32,000 nt of DNA from an uncultured archaeon (GTDB lineage: Archaea; Asgardarchaeota; Thorarchaeia; Thorarchaeales; Thorarchaeaceae). Position 1 is the stretch's first letter; the number at the start of each line of letters is the position of its first letter. Below, piece by piece: positions 1-9,237 of the stretch. Under the pieces are notes generated by a model. The model was not told where the DNA came from, ran no database searches, and was given only the letters and a program-made list of their open reading frames with translations. A program made the position numbers and the translations under genes. The DNA lies in NCBI GenBank assembly GCA_964354495.1, contig CAYHAA010000003.1, positions 160,507 through 192,506 on the forward strand, read 5' to 3'.

Positions 1-372
1 ATACATTCTTCGTCGTTCTGTGTCTGTGGACTCAACAATGTCGTACAGGTTTCGTATCTCTGCAATCTGTTGTGCCAAAAGATGGTAGCACATATTGGTC
101 TCTCGTGATATCACTACATCTTGGTAGAAACTGCGGCAGGTGCAATAGATTCTGGGAATCATCATGTACTGACGGGCGCGCCCTCTTACTATCCAGATTG
201 TCGTGTCACTCGGACGGAACTGGTACTTGCTCACCTTCTTCTCCTCGACAACCCGGAGTGCTCTGACGAATCTCTTTCCATACCTATTCCGAAAATACTC
301 GATATCGTTTTGGGTGAGGCTCTCCCCTGAGAGTTTTTTCACTTCTGTAAGTGATAGCGCCATATTGTTCAT
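1..372 (-). CDS. SWIM zinc-finger protein, 3' end runs off the window
   Basis: Absent from the ORF track because no stop falls in the window. Manual translation from ATG 372: MNNMALSLTEVKKLSGESLTQNDIEYFRNRYGKRFVRALRVVEEKKV...YCTCRSFYQDVVISRETNMCYHLLA, containing the CxC...CxH SWIM motif. Confidence 0.8.
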   Translation of the reverse strand, partial: MNNMALSLTEVKKLSGESLTQNDIEYFRNRYGKRFVRALRVVEEKKVSKYQFRPSDTTIWIVRGRARQYMMIPRIYCTCRSFYQDVVISRETNMCYHLLAQQIAEIRNLYDIVESTDTERRRMY

Positions 373-408
373 TCTGTATCTAGTATAACGAGGTTAAAAT
401 GTTGTATC

Positions 409-1278
409 ATGAAACAGAAACCAGCGATGGAGATATTATTCGAAGACAGAAGCATGATAGTTCGTGGGGATAGTGTATCAGCCGTATTGATCTCAGACCT
501 GCACCTTGGATTTGAAAAGGTGGTTTCGAATGAGAAGGGCGTCAACTTTCCGCTACAACATACCGACATGCTTGAGAGAATAGGAACACTAGTCAAGAAA
601 CATGACGTGCAGACACTATATGTCATTGGGGATGTCAAGCACACTATTGCAACAGATGTTCCGTATAACTGGGACATCTTACCTGATTTCATGTCTGCTC
701 TATCAGGTCTTGTGAAGACTGTCGTTGTACCCGGAAATCATGATGGTGACCTTGAAGCAATGCTCCCACGGAGCGTGGACTTAGTAGATGTTCATGGAGT
801 CATAATAGGTAAGGGGGATGAGAAGATAGGTCTGACACATGGGCATGCTTGGCCAGCACCAGAGCTACTTGATTCCTCATTGTTGGTTGCAGGACATAGT
901 CATCCCTCAGTGAGTAGGTATCGTACTGTATCTAGTCCTGGAACGGGACGAGACAACAGAAGGAGATATGCTGGATCTGTACCCGTTGTTCTCCATTCAA
1001 AGTTGAGCAAGAATTCTGTCAGGCGAAACCTGGGTATGCTTGAAATTGCAGATGATGAATATGCCACACTTGTGACATTGCCAAGTTTTAACAAGATTAT
1101 AACAGGTATTGCTGTCAACTCGCCGAGCTCAAGACTGCAGGGCCCATTTTTTGATAACACCTGTTGTGAGCTTCTCAAATCAGAAGTGTTCAGCACAGAT
1201 GGACTGTTTCTCGGTACTGTTGGATGGCTAAGAAACCGTTTCAACGAAACGATTAAATCCAAGCCAAGAGGGGACTGA
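409..1278 (+). CDS. Metallophosphoesterase, calcineurin-like (ICC-like archaeal family)
   Basis: Motifs ISDLHLG, IGDVKH, GNHD, THGH, GHSHP. Confidence 0.85.
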   Translation: MKQKPAMEILFEDRSMIVRGDSVSAVLISDLHLGFEKVVSNEKGVNFPLQHTDMLERIGTLVKKHDVQTLYVIGDVKHTIATDVPYNWDILPDFMSALSGLVKTVVVPGNHDGDLEAMLPRSVDLVDVHGVIIGKGDEKIGLTHGHAWPAPELLDSSLLVAGHSHPSVSRYRTVSSPGTGRDNRRRYAGSVPVVLHSKLSKNSVRRNLGMLEIADDEYATLVTLPSFNKIITGIAVNSPSSRLQGPFFDNTCCELLKSEVFSTDGLFLGTVGWLRNRFNETIKSKPRGD

Positions 1279-1288
1279 TTTGACCAAT

Positions 1289-1418
1289 GGGTCGGTGGTC
1301 TAGCTTGGTATCACACCATCACTCATGATGTGTGCCACAGTGATTCTTGGTTCGGATCCAAGTTCAAATCTGGCGAAAATCCAAGGGATCGGGCGTTCAA
1401 ATCGCCCCCGGCCCACCA
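1289..1418 (+). tRNA. tRNA-Pro(CGG) with two introns (21/22 at 1311-1340; 37/38 at 1357-1379), CCA encoded
   Basis: Acceptor GGGTCGG/CCGGCCC-A-CCA. T-arm GGGCG-TTCAAAT-CGCCC. Anticodon stem CTTGG/CCAAG with loop TT-CGG-AT. The canonical intron has a perfect TTCG/CGAA central helix. Removing the D-loop intron gives GGTATGATT. Confidence 0.92.
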
Positions 1419-1605
1419 GCTCCTTTTTGTTTGAATAATGAAGAAACCCTGACTATGTCTGCATCAGGTGTGTTAATGACACTGGAAGAGTGATGACATT
1501 CGTAGAGAGCTGGAGCAACACTAATTAGAACAATGTCGATGGAAGACTTCAAAAGTACCGAATAACTACGGCGCGTTCAAAGACCGAGGTTGTGAGTGAG
1601 AGAGA

Positions 1606-2547
1606 ATGGGAATCGGTTCAGGCAAGGGAAAAGCAATCCTTTTTGGAGAGCATTTTGTGGTCTATGGATTCCCGGCACTCGCTGCGGGTATCTCATCAGA
1701 AACTGTGGCAAAGGTGACGAGAAAGCGTTCCAGTGGATGGGTGCTCCTAGATAATCGGCCAGCGATGCCAGGGTATAAGGAACAAAAGAGCGACGAGCAG
1801 AATGTGTCTATTGAGAACATCCTGAGATACTGTAATATCGATGCATCAAGAACGGGGTTCCAAGTCGAACTGGGAGGAAACCTGGTCTGCGCTTCGGGGA
1901 TAGGGGCCAGTGCAGCCAGCAGTGTGGCAATCGCCAGGGCTCTGAATGACGAGTACTCACTCGGCTTGAATGACAAGCGGATCAACGAGGCGGCCTATGA
2001 GGGAGAGAGAGGATACCATGGAACACCCTCAGGAATAGATAACACTGCGTCGACCTACGGAGGACTTGTATGGTTTGCCAGAGATCTCAAAGGGGGACCC
2101 CCGAAGTTTGAAGCACTCAAATTGAGAAGACCTGTGCACCTGGTCATCGCATCAACTGGTCTGACTGCGAGCACCAAGGAAGTCGTGGGAGATGTCAAAA
2201 GGAAAAAAGACGAGGACCCTGACTGGTTCGGGAAGCTATCTAGCGAGTACAATGAGTTAGTTCATGAGGGGAGAGATGCCCTCATTCAACTTGATTTGGC
2301 AAGGGTCGGTAAGCTCATGAATCGAAACCATGAGTTGTTGCAGGACATGACAGTTTCCTGCAAGGAACTTGATAGCTTGGTTGAGATAGCAAGAAAGAGT
2401 GGAGCAAGTGGAGCCAAGATGACCGGAACTGGCAGAGGAGGCAACATGATTGCTCTTGCCTCTGACGAAAAGACAATGAAGAAGATTGCAGCAGCGCTTG
2501 AAAGAGCCAAGGCTGCAGGTGTTTGGACAACAACTTTCGGACTCTGA
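1606..2547 (+). CDS. mvk: Mevalonate kinase
   Basis: GHMP signatures: GKAILFGEHFVVYG, SGIGASAA, HGTPSGID, AKMTGTGRGG. Confidence 0.92.
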   Translation: MGIGSGKGKAILFGEHFVVYGFPALAAGISSETVAKVTRKRSSGWVLLDNRPAMPGYKEQKSDEQNVSIENILRYCNIDASRTGFQVELGGNLVCASGIGASAASSVAIARALNDEYSLGLNDKRINEAAYEGERGYHGTPSGIDNTASTYGGLVWFARDLKGGPPKFEALKLRRPVHLVIASTGLTASTKEVVGDVKRKKDEDPDWFGKLSSEYNELVHEGRDALIQLDLARVGKLMNRNHELLQDMTVSCKELDSLVEIARKSGASGAKMTGTGRGGNMIALASDEKTMKKIAAALERAKAAGVWTTTFGL

Positions 2548-2557
2548 GGTGAAGTCA

Positions 2558-3865
2558 TTGATACTGGAGGACTATATCGGAAGACTGCAGGAACAAGGCA
2601 AGATTACAACAATCAGAAAGGAGATCTCGAAGAATCTCGAGATTGCGGGAGTCTTAAAGGGCCTCGAGCCAAGACCGGTCTTGTTCGAAAAAGTCAAAGA
2701 GAGCGAGTTTCGAGTGGCTGGAAACCTGTTCTGCAACAAGATGCAGATTGCAGACTATTTTGGAATTCAGACAGAACAGATGATTCCTTTCCTCACCAAG
2801 GCAATTGAGAACAGGAGCCCGCCCGAGAGCACAGACAAGGCTGCGTGTCAAGAGGTGGTTGAAAAGTCCGTCAATCTCGATAGACTTCCAATCCTGTTTC
2901 ATAACAAGGTGGATGGCGGGCCATACATCTCATCTGGTGTGGTGGTTGCTGCGGATCCCGAGTACGGGCAGAACCTCGACTTCCATAGGGCTATGCAGAT
3001 AGGAAAGAACAGAATGGTAACCAGAGTTGTCAAAGGAAGAGACTTCCACAAGTTTCTGGAGAAGAATGGAGAGGTGGATGTTGCGTTTTGTGTTGGAAAC
3101 ACCCCAGAGGTGTTGGTGGCAGCAGCAACATCTGTGGAAACCGGTTCAGACGAACTGGAGATAGCAAATGCCCTTCAGCAGATCAAGGTGGTGAAAGCCA
3201 AGACTGTTGATCTGATGATTCCTGCAGACTCCGAATTCGTACTAGAAGGCAGAGTTGTCCTTGAAGAGAAACACAATGAGGGGCCATTCATCGACCTTAC
3301 TGAAACCGTGGATGTCATCAGACAGGAACCGGCTTTCGAGGTGAGGAAGATTACTCATAGAAAGACTGCCATCTGGCAAGGCCTGCTTCCGGGGAGATCG
3401 GAACACAAGATTCTGATGGGAATGCCTAGGGAACCAACAGTATTCAAGAAGGTGAAGGATCGGGGTATAGATGTTCTGGATGTATACATCACACCAGGTG
3501 GAGCAAGTTGGTTACATGTTGCTATCAAAATAAGGAAGAAGAATGAGGATGACGGGCTGCAGGCCTTGGAGGCAGCTTTCGCGGGTCACAAGAGCGCGAA
3601 ACACATCTGGGTCTATGACGAGGACATTGACATATACTCAGACGAAGAGCGAGAATGGGCAATGGCCACCAGGTTTCAAGCAGATGTTGATCTGCTCATC
3701 AAGGACCGTGAAACAGGAAGTTCGCTGGACCCGAGCGCTGAAGTTGGTACGAATCTGACGACTAAGTGTGGGTTTGACTGTACAAAGGTGCTAGACACCA
3801 AGGGAAAGAGCTTCGACAAGGCGAAGTTTCCAGAAGTGGACCTGAAAAAGTACCTAGGTGATTGA
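2558..3865 (+). CDS. UbiD-family decarboxylase, probable trans-anhydromevalonate 5-phosphate decarboxylase (start moved to TTG 2558 after SD GAGGTGA)
   Basis: UbiD motifs (DGGPYI, EGPF, EHKILMG, SSLDPS). Lies between mvk and the aconitase X subunits. Confidence 0.82.
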   Translation: MILEDYIGRLQEQGKITTIRKEISKNLEIAGVLKGLEPRPVLFEKVKESEFRVAGNLFCNKMQIADYFGIQTEQMIPFLTKAIENRSPPESTDKAACQEVVEKSVNLDRLPILFHNKVDGGPYISSGVVVAADPEYGQNLDFHRAMQIGKNRMVTRVVKGRDFHKFLEKNGEVDVAFCVGNTPEVLVAAATSVETGSDELEIANALQQIKVVKAKTVDLMIPADSEFVLEGRVVLEEKHNEGPFIDLTETVDVIRQEPAFEVRKITHRKTAIWQGLLPGRSEHKILMGMPREPTVFKKVKDRGIDVLDVYITPGGASWLHVAIKIRKKNEDDGLQALEAAFAGHKSAKHIWVYDEDIDIYSDEEREWAMATRFQADVDLLIKDRETGSSLDPSAEVGTNLTTKCGFDCTKVLDTKGKSFDKAKFPEVDLKKYLGD

Positions 3866-5054
3866 GATGGTCTTACGATTAGTATCTGAAGAGAAGAAGA
3901 TGCTTGATGGTAAGTATGGGAAAGCAGCGCAGAAATCTATGGAGATCATCATAGCACTCGGGGAGATCTATGGTGCCAAACGTCTGATACCTGTATCAAG
4001 TGTTCAGATTGCCGGCGTATCCTATGACAATCTAGGTGAAGCAGGTCTTGGGTATCTCAGTGAGATGGCCGAGGATGGTAAGACACGTGTGCTGACCACC
4101 CTCAATCCTGCAGGCATGGACATGGTTGAATGGAAAAAGCACGGAATAAGCAAGAACTTCGCCAAAAACCAGCAGAGGGTTGTGGATGCATTCGAGAGAA
4201 TGGGAGCAGTGACAACATGTACCTGTACACCCTACCTTATTGGAAACCTGCCACACTATGGTGAGCATATTGCTTGGGCAGAGTCCTCTGCAGTGTGCTT
4301 TGCTAACTCAGTCATAGGTGCATACACCAATAGAGAAGGGGGGCCGAGCGCACTTGCTGCAGCACTCACAGGAGTGACTGCAGAATACGGTTTCCACTTT
4401 GACGAGAACCGAGTCGCACAGGTCAAGTACGAAGTCCAGGCAGAACTGAAGGGAACCGATGACTTTGGCCTCTTGGGACAGGTCATTGGAAACAGGACAG
4501 GAAAAGCAATTCCGTACATCACTGGAGTGAAGAAAGTGACCACTGAAGAGCTGAAATCTTTCAGTGCATCTGTTGCCACCTATGGTGGCATTGCTATTTT
4601 CCATATGGAGGGAATCACACCCAATAGGACCACGGTTCCAGAAAAGACCGAGGTTGTGACGACGAAGGACCTAAGGAGAGCAAGGACCGAGCTAGACGAT
4701 GAGGCGGCAGAAATCGACTTCATCAGCGTAGGTTGCCCACATGCAAGTATAAAGGAGATTGCAGAGATAGCGAGTATGCTCAAGGGAAAGACGGTCGCTG
4801 AAGGCAAAACTGTCTGGATTACTACTGCTAAGCCTACAAAGGACCTGGCTATCAAGATGGGCTATTATGATCAAATAGAGCAGGCAGGAGCATACCTTGT
4901 GGCTGATGCTTGTTGTGCAGTGGCTCCACTAAAAGGCAGATTCAAAGGACTGATGACTGATTCTGCAAAGGCCTGTTTCTATGCTCGTGGTAAGAATAAG
5001 TTCAAAACAGAAATTCGGACTGTTGAGGAATGTATTAGGGAGGCCCTGTCATAA
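3858..5054 (+). CDS. Aconitase X large subunit (DUF521), probable phosphomevalonate dehydratase large subunit
   Basis: IAGVSY, CTCTPY, WAESSA, NREGGPSALAAALTG, GCPHAS, TDSAKACFY. Confidence 0.85.
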   Translation: MIEMVLRLVSEEKKMLDGKYGKAAQKSMEIIIALGEIYGAKRLIPVSSVQIAGVSYDNLGEAGLGYLSEMAEDGKTRVLTTLNPAGMDMVEWKKHGISKNFAKNQQRVVDAFERMGAVTTCTCTPYLIGNLPHYGEHIAWAESSAVCFANSVIGAYTNREGGPSALAAALTGVTAEYGFHFDENRVAQVKYEVQAELKGTDDFGLLGQVIGNRTGKAIPYITGVKKVTTEELKSFSASVATYGGIAIFHMEGITPNRTTVPEKTEVVTTKDLRRARTELDDEAAEIDFISVGCPHASIKEIAEIASMLKGKTVAEGKTVWITTAKPTKDLAIKMGYYDQIEQAGAYLVADACCAVAPLKGRFKGLMTDSAKACFYARGKNKFKTEIRTVEECIREALS

Positions 5055-5440
5055 TGCAAGGACGAAAAATATTCAAGGGACGGGTCGTAGGGGAGGCCCT
5101 CGTCACTGGAGAGGACATTTCATTCTACGGTGGCTGCGACCCCGAAACCGGTGAGATAGTGGAAAAGGGGCACAATCTGGAGGGCAAGTCAATAGCAGGA
5201 AAAATCCTTGTCTTCCCCTCTGGAAAGGGATCTACTGTGGGCTCTTATGTCCTCTACGCCTTAAAGAAGGCCGAAAAGGCGCCCCTAGCCATAGTGAACA
5301 GGATAATGGACCCAATCGTTGCTGTGGGCTGTATCATTTCAGAGATACCTGCGGTAGACGAGATTGAGATTGAAAAGATTAAGACTGGTCAAAGAATTGA
5401 GGTGGACGCCGATAACGGCGTCGTAACTCCTGTCGAGTAA
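5054..5440 (+). CDS. Aconitase X swiveling-domain small subunit (DUF126), probable phosphomevalonate dehydratase small subunit
   Basis: GKILVFPSGKGSTVGSY motif; translationally coupled to the large subunit (TAATG). Confidence 0.87.
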   Translation: MQGRKIFKGRVVGEALVTGEDISFYGGCDPETGEIVEKGHNLEGKSIAGKILVFPSGKGSTVGSYVLYALKKAEKAPLAIVNRIMDPIVAVGCIISEIPAVDEIEIEKIKTGQRIEVDADNGVVTPVE

Positions 5441-5443
5441 GAG

Positions 5444-6079
5444 TCAGAACCGCTGAACTTGAGGCTCGAAGGCCTCTGGAGTGAAAGCCGGTTCACTCTC
5501 CTCTGGTATGTCGCCTCTCGCCTTCAGCACTTGAGTTGTCACAAGATAGTAGACCAATGCGAGTGACTTTCGACCACGATTGTTTGTAGGTATCACAAGG
5601 TCCACATTTGTGGTTGCATTGTCAGTGTCGCAGAGTGCGACTACTGGTACGCCAATCTTTGCCGCCTCGTTGAGAGCCTGCTGATCTGTGCGGGGGTCTG
5701 TGAGTATCACGACATCCGGTTCTATGTACTGTCTAGGGCCGGCAATCTTGGGATTCGTCAGTGTTCCTGGAACAAACCGCTCTGTGAAAGCATGTGCTCC
5801 AATATAATGGGCGAAGGTTTCTACAGGACGTTTACCGTATACACGACCGGATACTACGACAATCTTTGAGGGGTCGAACCGAGCAAGGAACTTGCCTACT
5901 TGTCTAATCCGCTCATCAGTCTTACGAACATCAAGAACGTATAGGCCAATTGGACGTTGCCTATAGACAAAGGGTTCCATGTCCTGTGTCTTGACCTGTG
6001 TGCCAATGTGGCATCCTGCAGCCAAGTACTTGTCCATTGGTGTTAAGAGATCTGAGTCCGGGACTTCTATATCACTCAT
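5444..6079 (-). CDS. rps2: 30S ribosomal protein uS2
   Basis: [39 protein letters not shown]. Confidence 0.97.
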   Translation of the reverse strand: MSDIEVPDSDLLTPMDKYLAAGCHIGTQVKTQDMEPFVYRQRPIGLYVLDVRKTDERIRQVGKFLARFDPSKIVVVSGRVYGKRPVETFAHYIGAHAFTERFVPGTLTNPKIAGPRQYIEPDVVILTDPRTDQQALNEAAKIGVPVVALCDTDNATTNVDLVIPTNNRGRKSLALVYYLVTTQVLKARGDIPEESEPAFTPEAFEPQVQRF

Positions 6080-6295
6080 CTATTTTACCTCCGCAGGGGT
6101 GACAGTTGAAAATGCCATGAAACTATGAATAATATCAATATGGGCAAGTAGCATTCTTCGACAACAGTATCGGTTCAGCCCGAGCTTGTCCAGAACAACT
6201 GCGGGATCCTCACCCTGCCGTACCTCTCGCCTGAACTGATCGTACTTGTCAGCGACTACTTTGCCACATGTGAAACATCGTATTGGGATTATCAT
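6080..6295 (-). CDS. rpoN: RNA polymerase subunit N (Rpo10); true start at MIIPIRC (6295), not 6409
   Basis: PIRCFTCGK and RYCCRRMLL zinc motifs. Confidence 0.96.
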   Translation of the reverse strand: MIIPIRCFTCGKVVADKYDQFRREVRQGEDPAVVLDKLGLNRYCCRRMLLAHIDIIHSFMAFSTVTPAEVK

Positions 6296-6305
6296 TGAAT
6301 TCGCC

Positions 6306-6704
6306 TCACCTGTATGATTTCTGGAATCGCGAGCGAGCTGATGGACCACCGAACTTCTTTGGTTCGGTACGTCTCGGGTCTCCAACGAGCATCGTTCTGT
6401 CATGCTCAATCATCCTTGAACGGGCCTCGAAGTCTTGACTCATACGAATCAATCCGGTTGCTATCGACATTCTAACAGCGTCTGCCTGGCTCATGAATCC
6501 GCCTCCCTGAACTCTCACCTTGATGTCGTAACGCTTCCAGCCCTCACCGAAGATAATCAATGGTTCCATGATTCTCATTCGTGCCAGTTCTGGCTGATGG
6601 ATTTCCAGAGGCGTTCCATTAATCCTCACTCGGCCGGCGCCATCTCTCAACGTGGCCTTTGCAAGACTTGTCTTTCTTTTGCCTGTGCTCACAACAACCC
6701 TCAC
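6306..6704 (-). CDS. rps9: 30S ribosomal protein uS9 (probable GTG start 6704)
   Basis: [39 protein letters not shown]. Confidence 0.97.
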   Translation of the reverse strand: MRVVVSTGKRKTSLAKATLRDGAGRVRINGTPLEIHQPELARMRIMEPLIIFGEGWKRYDIKVRVQGGGFMSQADAVRMSIATGLIRMSQDFEARSRMIEHDRTMLVGDPRRTEPKKFGGPSARSRFQKSYR

Positions 6705-6705
6705 T

Positions 6706-7167
6706 TCATGCCACCTCCGGATTTCTCCAACCAAGTTCGTGGCTTAAATCACTCACTTGAATGTACTTGCTCTTCATGCTCACATAGCGCGACTTTTCAA
6801 GCACAATCCTCTCTGCATCGCGGTACTTCTCTGGGACTCCCATGTAGACCTTGACGCGTTTGAGGGCAGCCTTTGCTCTTGGGGTCGGCCATGGCAGCAT
6901 GCCCCGAATCATTCTTCGAACCATCATATCAGGTCTGCGCTCATGAAACGGGCCCAGAGTATGATTCGAGGAGGTTCGAATATCACGCTTCTCTTTGAAA
7001 GCCGCAATCAGAGACCTACGGCCGCCTGTGATAATGGCCTTCTCTGCATTGATAATGCAGACATCTTTGCCCATTAGTGCATCCTTTGCAACCCTAGTTC
7101 CAAGTCGACCGATAACCATCTTCTCAGCATCGTAGACTTTGACATTGTCTGTACTCATTGGGATCAC
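6706..7167 (-). CDS. rpl13: 50S ribosomal protein uL13
   Basis: DAEKMVIGRL, INAEKAIITG, GPFHERRPD, RGMLP. Confidence 0.96.
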   Translation of the reverse strand: MIPMSTDNVKVYDAEKMVIGRLGTRVAKDALMGKDVCIINAEKAIITGGRRSLIAAFKEKRDIRTSSNHTLGPFHERRPDMMVRRMIRGMLPWPTPRAKAALKRVKVYMGVPEKYRDAERIVLEKSRYVSMKSKYIQVSDLSHELGWRNPEVA

Positions 7168-7554
7168 CTACACAATAATCATAATGCCCGTCCCTTTCGG
7201 GGCCTGAGTAAGTAATTCGTCAATTGACATGACCGAACCACCGGCCTCAACTATCGCTGACCTCGCTGTCGAAGACGCATTCAATGCAGCAACTGTTACT
7301 TTGTGGGTAATGATGCCGGAGCCTAGAATTTTCCCGGGCACTACCACAATATCACCAGCGCTAGTATGACGCTCTATCTTGCCTATGTTCACTGCAGGAC
7401 GGTGTCTAGCAGGTTGGGCAATCATCTCAGCCACACGCTTCCAAATCCTGACATCGTGTTTCATGGATGTCTTTCTAAGCGCGTTAATCAGTGCGCGTGT
7501 ATTGGGGTCAGATGGGCCGCTTCTCACAGATCTCTCCATGTTCTCATACCTCAT
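7168..7554 (-). CDS. rpl18e: 50S ribosomal protein eL18
   Basis: IWKRVAE, VNIGKI, VVVPGKILGSG; canonical position after rpoD. Confidence 0.95.
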   Translation of the reverse strand: MRYENMERSVRSGPSDPNTRALINALRKTSMKHDVRIWKRVAEMIAQPARHRPAVNIGKIERHTSAGDIVVVPGKILGSGIITHKVTVAALNASSTARSAIVEAGGSVMSIDELLTQAPKGTGIMIIV

Positions 7555-8351
7555 AGTGAATTCGCATAATCTAGAGCTTGTCTGATTCGCTCCTTCAGAA
7601 TCTCAGCTGCCTTGTCAACAATCTGTTCAGGAGGCAATGCTCCCGTGGACTCAACCTTGAACAGATAACTATCCTTCTTTGAATCGATTGTAATTGCTCC
7701 GGGTTCGCAGACCTCGACACAGGCCTCACAGAGGCTGCAGTCGAGCGTGTTCTGTGTTGCTATTGTATCACCCTCAATGAGTAGGATGTTCTTAGGGCAT
7801 ACATCAACACAGTCCCCACATTGATTGCATTTCTCCTTGTTCACTTCAACGATTGGCACATACTTATAGGAAACAGTTGAAACGGGTTGGAACTTGGCGT
7901 TCTCAATACCCCGTCCAAGACGTGCATACGCCTCAATGATAAGATGTTGGTGAGGAGCAAGCTTCACTAGGGGAATATCACCTGATACAGGAACAATTTT
8001 CGGATCTTGTGATACAAGGTCGCGGGAATAGACGGTTTCATCTACATCGCCTGCCTGTTTCTCGAGAGTGAGGGTACATTGGCATAGACTGCAGCCTTTT
8101 CCCTCGCAGTCGCATTCCTCTGGGATATTATAGCTCTCATAGTCGGTCACTAGAGGAAGAAGCCCCATTCTGTGAGCTAACATCTCATCAAACATGACAC
8201 TGGTATTCTCTAGAATGAGCACTTCATCTATCGCCATCGCAGGCAATCTAGTAAGCATGGTTCTCCGGATTGCATTTGCAAAGGCAACATCTACTCCTTC
8301 TGCTAGGAAGTGGACAATGTTGTCTTGCTTGCGTATTATTGTGATTTCCAT
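7551..8351 (-). CDS. rpoD: RNA polymerase subunit D (Rpo3) with ferredoxin-like insert
   Basis: FANAIRRTML, DEMLAHRMGLLPL, ENAKFQPV; two CxxCxxCxxxC motifs (CNQCGDCVDVC, CSLCEACVEVC). Confidence 0.97.
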   Translation of the reverse strand: MEITIIRKQDNIVHFLAEGVDVAFANAIRRTMLTRLPAMAIDEVLILENTSVMFDEMLAHRMGLLPLVTDYESYNIPEECDCEGKGCSLCQCTLTLEKQAGDVDETVYSRDLVSQDPKIVPVSGDIPLVKLAPHQHLIIEAYARLGRGIENAKFQPVSTVSYKYVPIVEVNKEKCNQCGDCVDVCPKNILLIEGDTIATQNTLDCSLCEACVEVCEPGAITIDSKKDSYLFKVESTGALPPEQIVDKAAEILKERIRQALDYANSL

Positions 8352-8554
8352 TGACTCACCTTACTGTGGAGGTTAATCCAATACCCAAAAGACATGTTCT
8401 TCCCGGATGGACTCGCTAGTGGTGACGTTCAACCAGATAGCTCATACGCCCATGCCTTGGGCGCGTTCGTCTGCTGGCCTCGCACATAAAAGGCTTGTCC
8501 TAAGGCGATGAGATGAAGAGGCCAGTGCTCAAGTGAACACAATGTCACGGTCTA

Positions 8555-9052
8555 TCATGCAGCAACCTGGACCATATCTCTCAGTCCGTTGACAATCAGC
8601 TTGTATCCGTTTAGGCGTTCTCTTGGATCGACTGCGACCATGCCATAGGTTGGAACGCCCAGCAAATCTTGGACTGATTCAGGTCTCATAGAACCTGGAA
8701 GGTCCTGCTTGTTTGCAACTGCAATGACCTTCATTCCAGCAAGCTCGTTCTTGTATTTCTCCAAAAGCTGACGGGTCTTGAGTACAGCCTTTGGGTTACT
8801 CTCAGTGACAACTACGACCATTGTACTGCCTTTCATGAAGTCGGGCCAGAGAAACTCAAAATGCGCCTGACCACCCATCTCAACCAGAGAGACCTTTGTG
8901 GTGGCATCGATTGTGATTGTCCCGCAGTTCATACCCGGAGTTGGCTGGTAGTTGCACTGAAGCTTTGGCGCCTTGTCTGTCAGGAGCTTGATTAGAGTCG
9001 ATTTGCCTGCATAGCCTGATCCCATCAGCGCAACTTTGACATATTCGGTCAT
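8555..9052 (-). CDS. Small GTPase, Arf/Ras-like
   Basis: G1 GSGYAGKST, G2 PTPG, G3 EMGGQ followed by FLW, G4 NKQD. Confidence 0.88.
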   Translation of the reverse strand: MTEYVKVALMGSGYAGKSTLIKLLTDKAPKLQCNYQPTPGMNCGTITIDATTKVSLVEMGGQAHFEFLWPDFMKGSTMVVVVTESNPKAVLKTRQLLEKYKNELAGMKVIAVANKQDLPGSMRPESVQDLLGVPTYGMVAVDPRERLNGYKLIVNGLRDMVQVAA

Positions 9053-9237
9053 GACAGTTGAACTCCGAGATTGAAACGGTTAGACGGTGTATAGGTTGGT
9101 GTATTTCGTAGGTAACACTCATCAAGTGGCATGTCGAGCCTTCTAGGCTCTACTTAAAAATACTACAAGAATCGGTTGCTCAGAGCTATAGAAGCCCTTA
9201 ACAAGATGATACACCTCGCAAGGCCAGAGCTGATTGA

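Noticed and set aside
72-388. Short + strand ORFs at the window start, and other antisense ORFs across conserved genes (e.g. 26814-27494, 28639-29130)
   Set aside because: Shadow ORFs opposite well-supported genes, with no motifs.
1489-1545. Possible C/D box sRNA (GTGATGA) between tRNA-Pro and mvk
   Set aside because: No CTGA D box at a suitable distance, and the K-turn register does not work.
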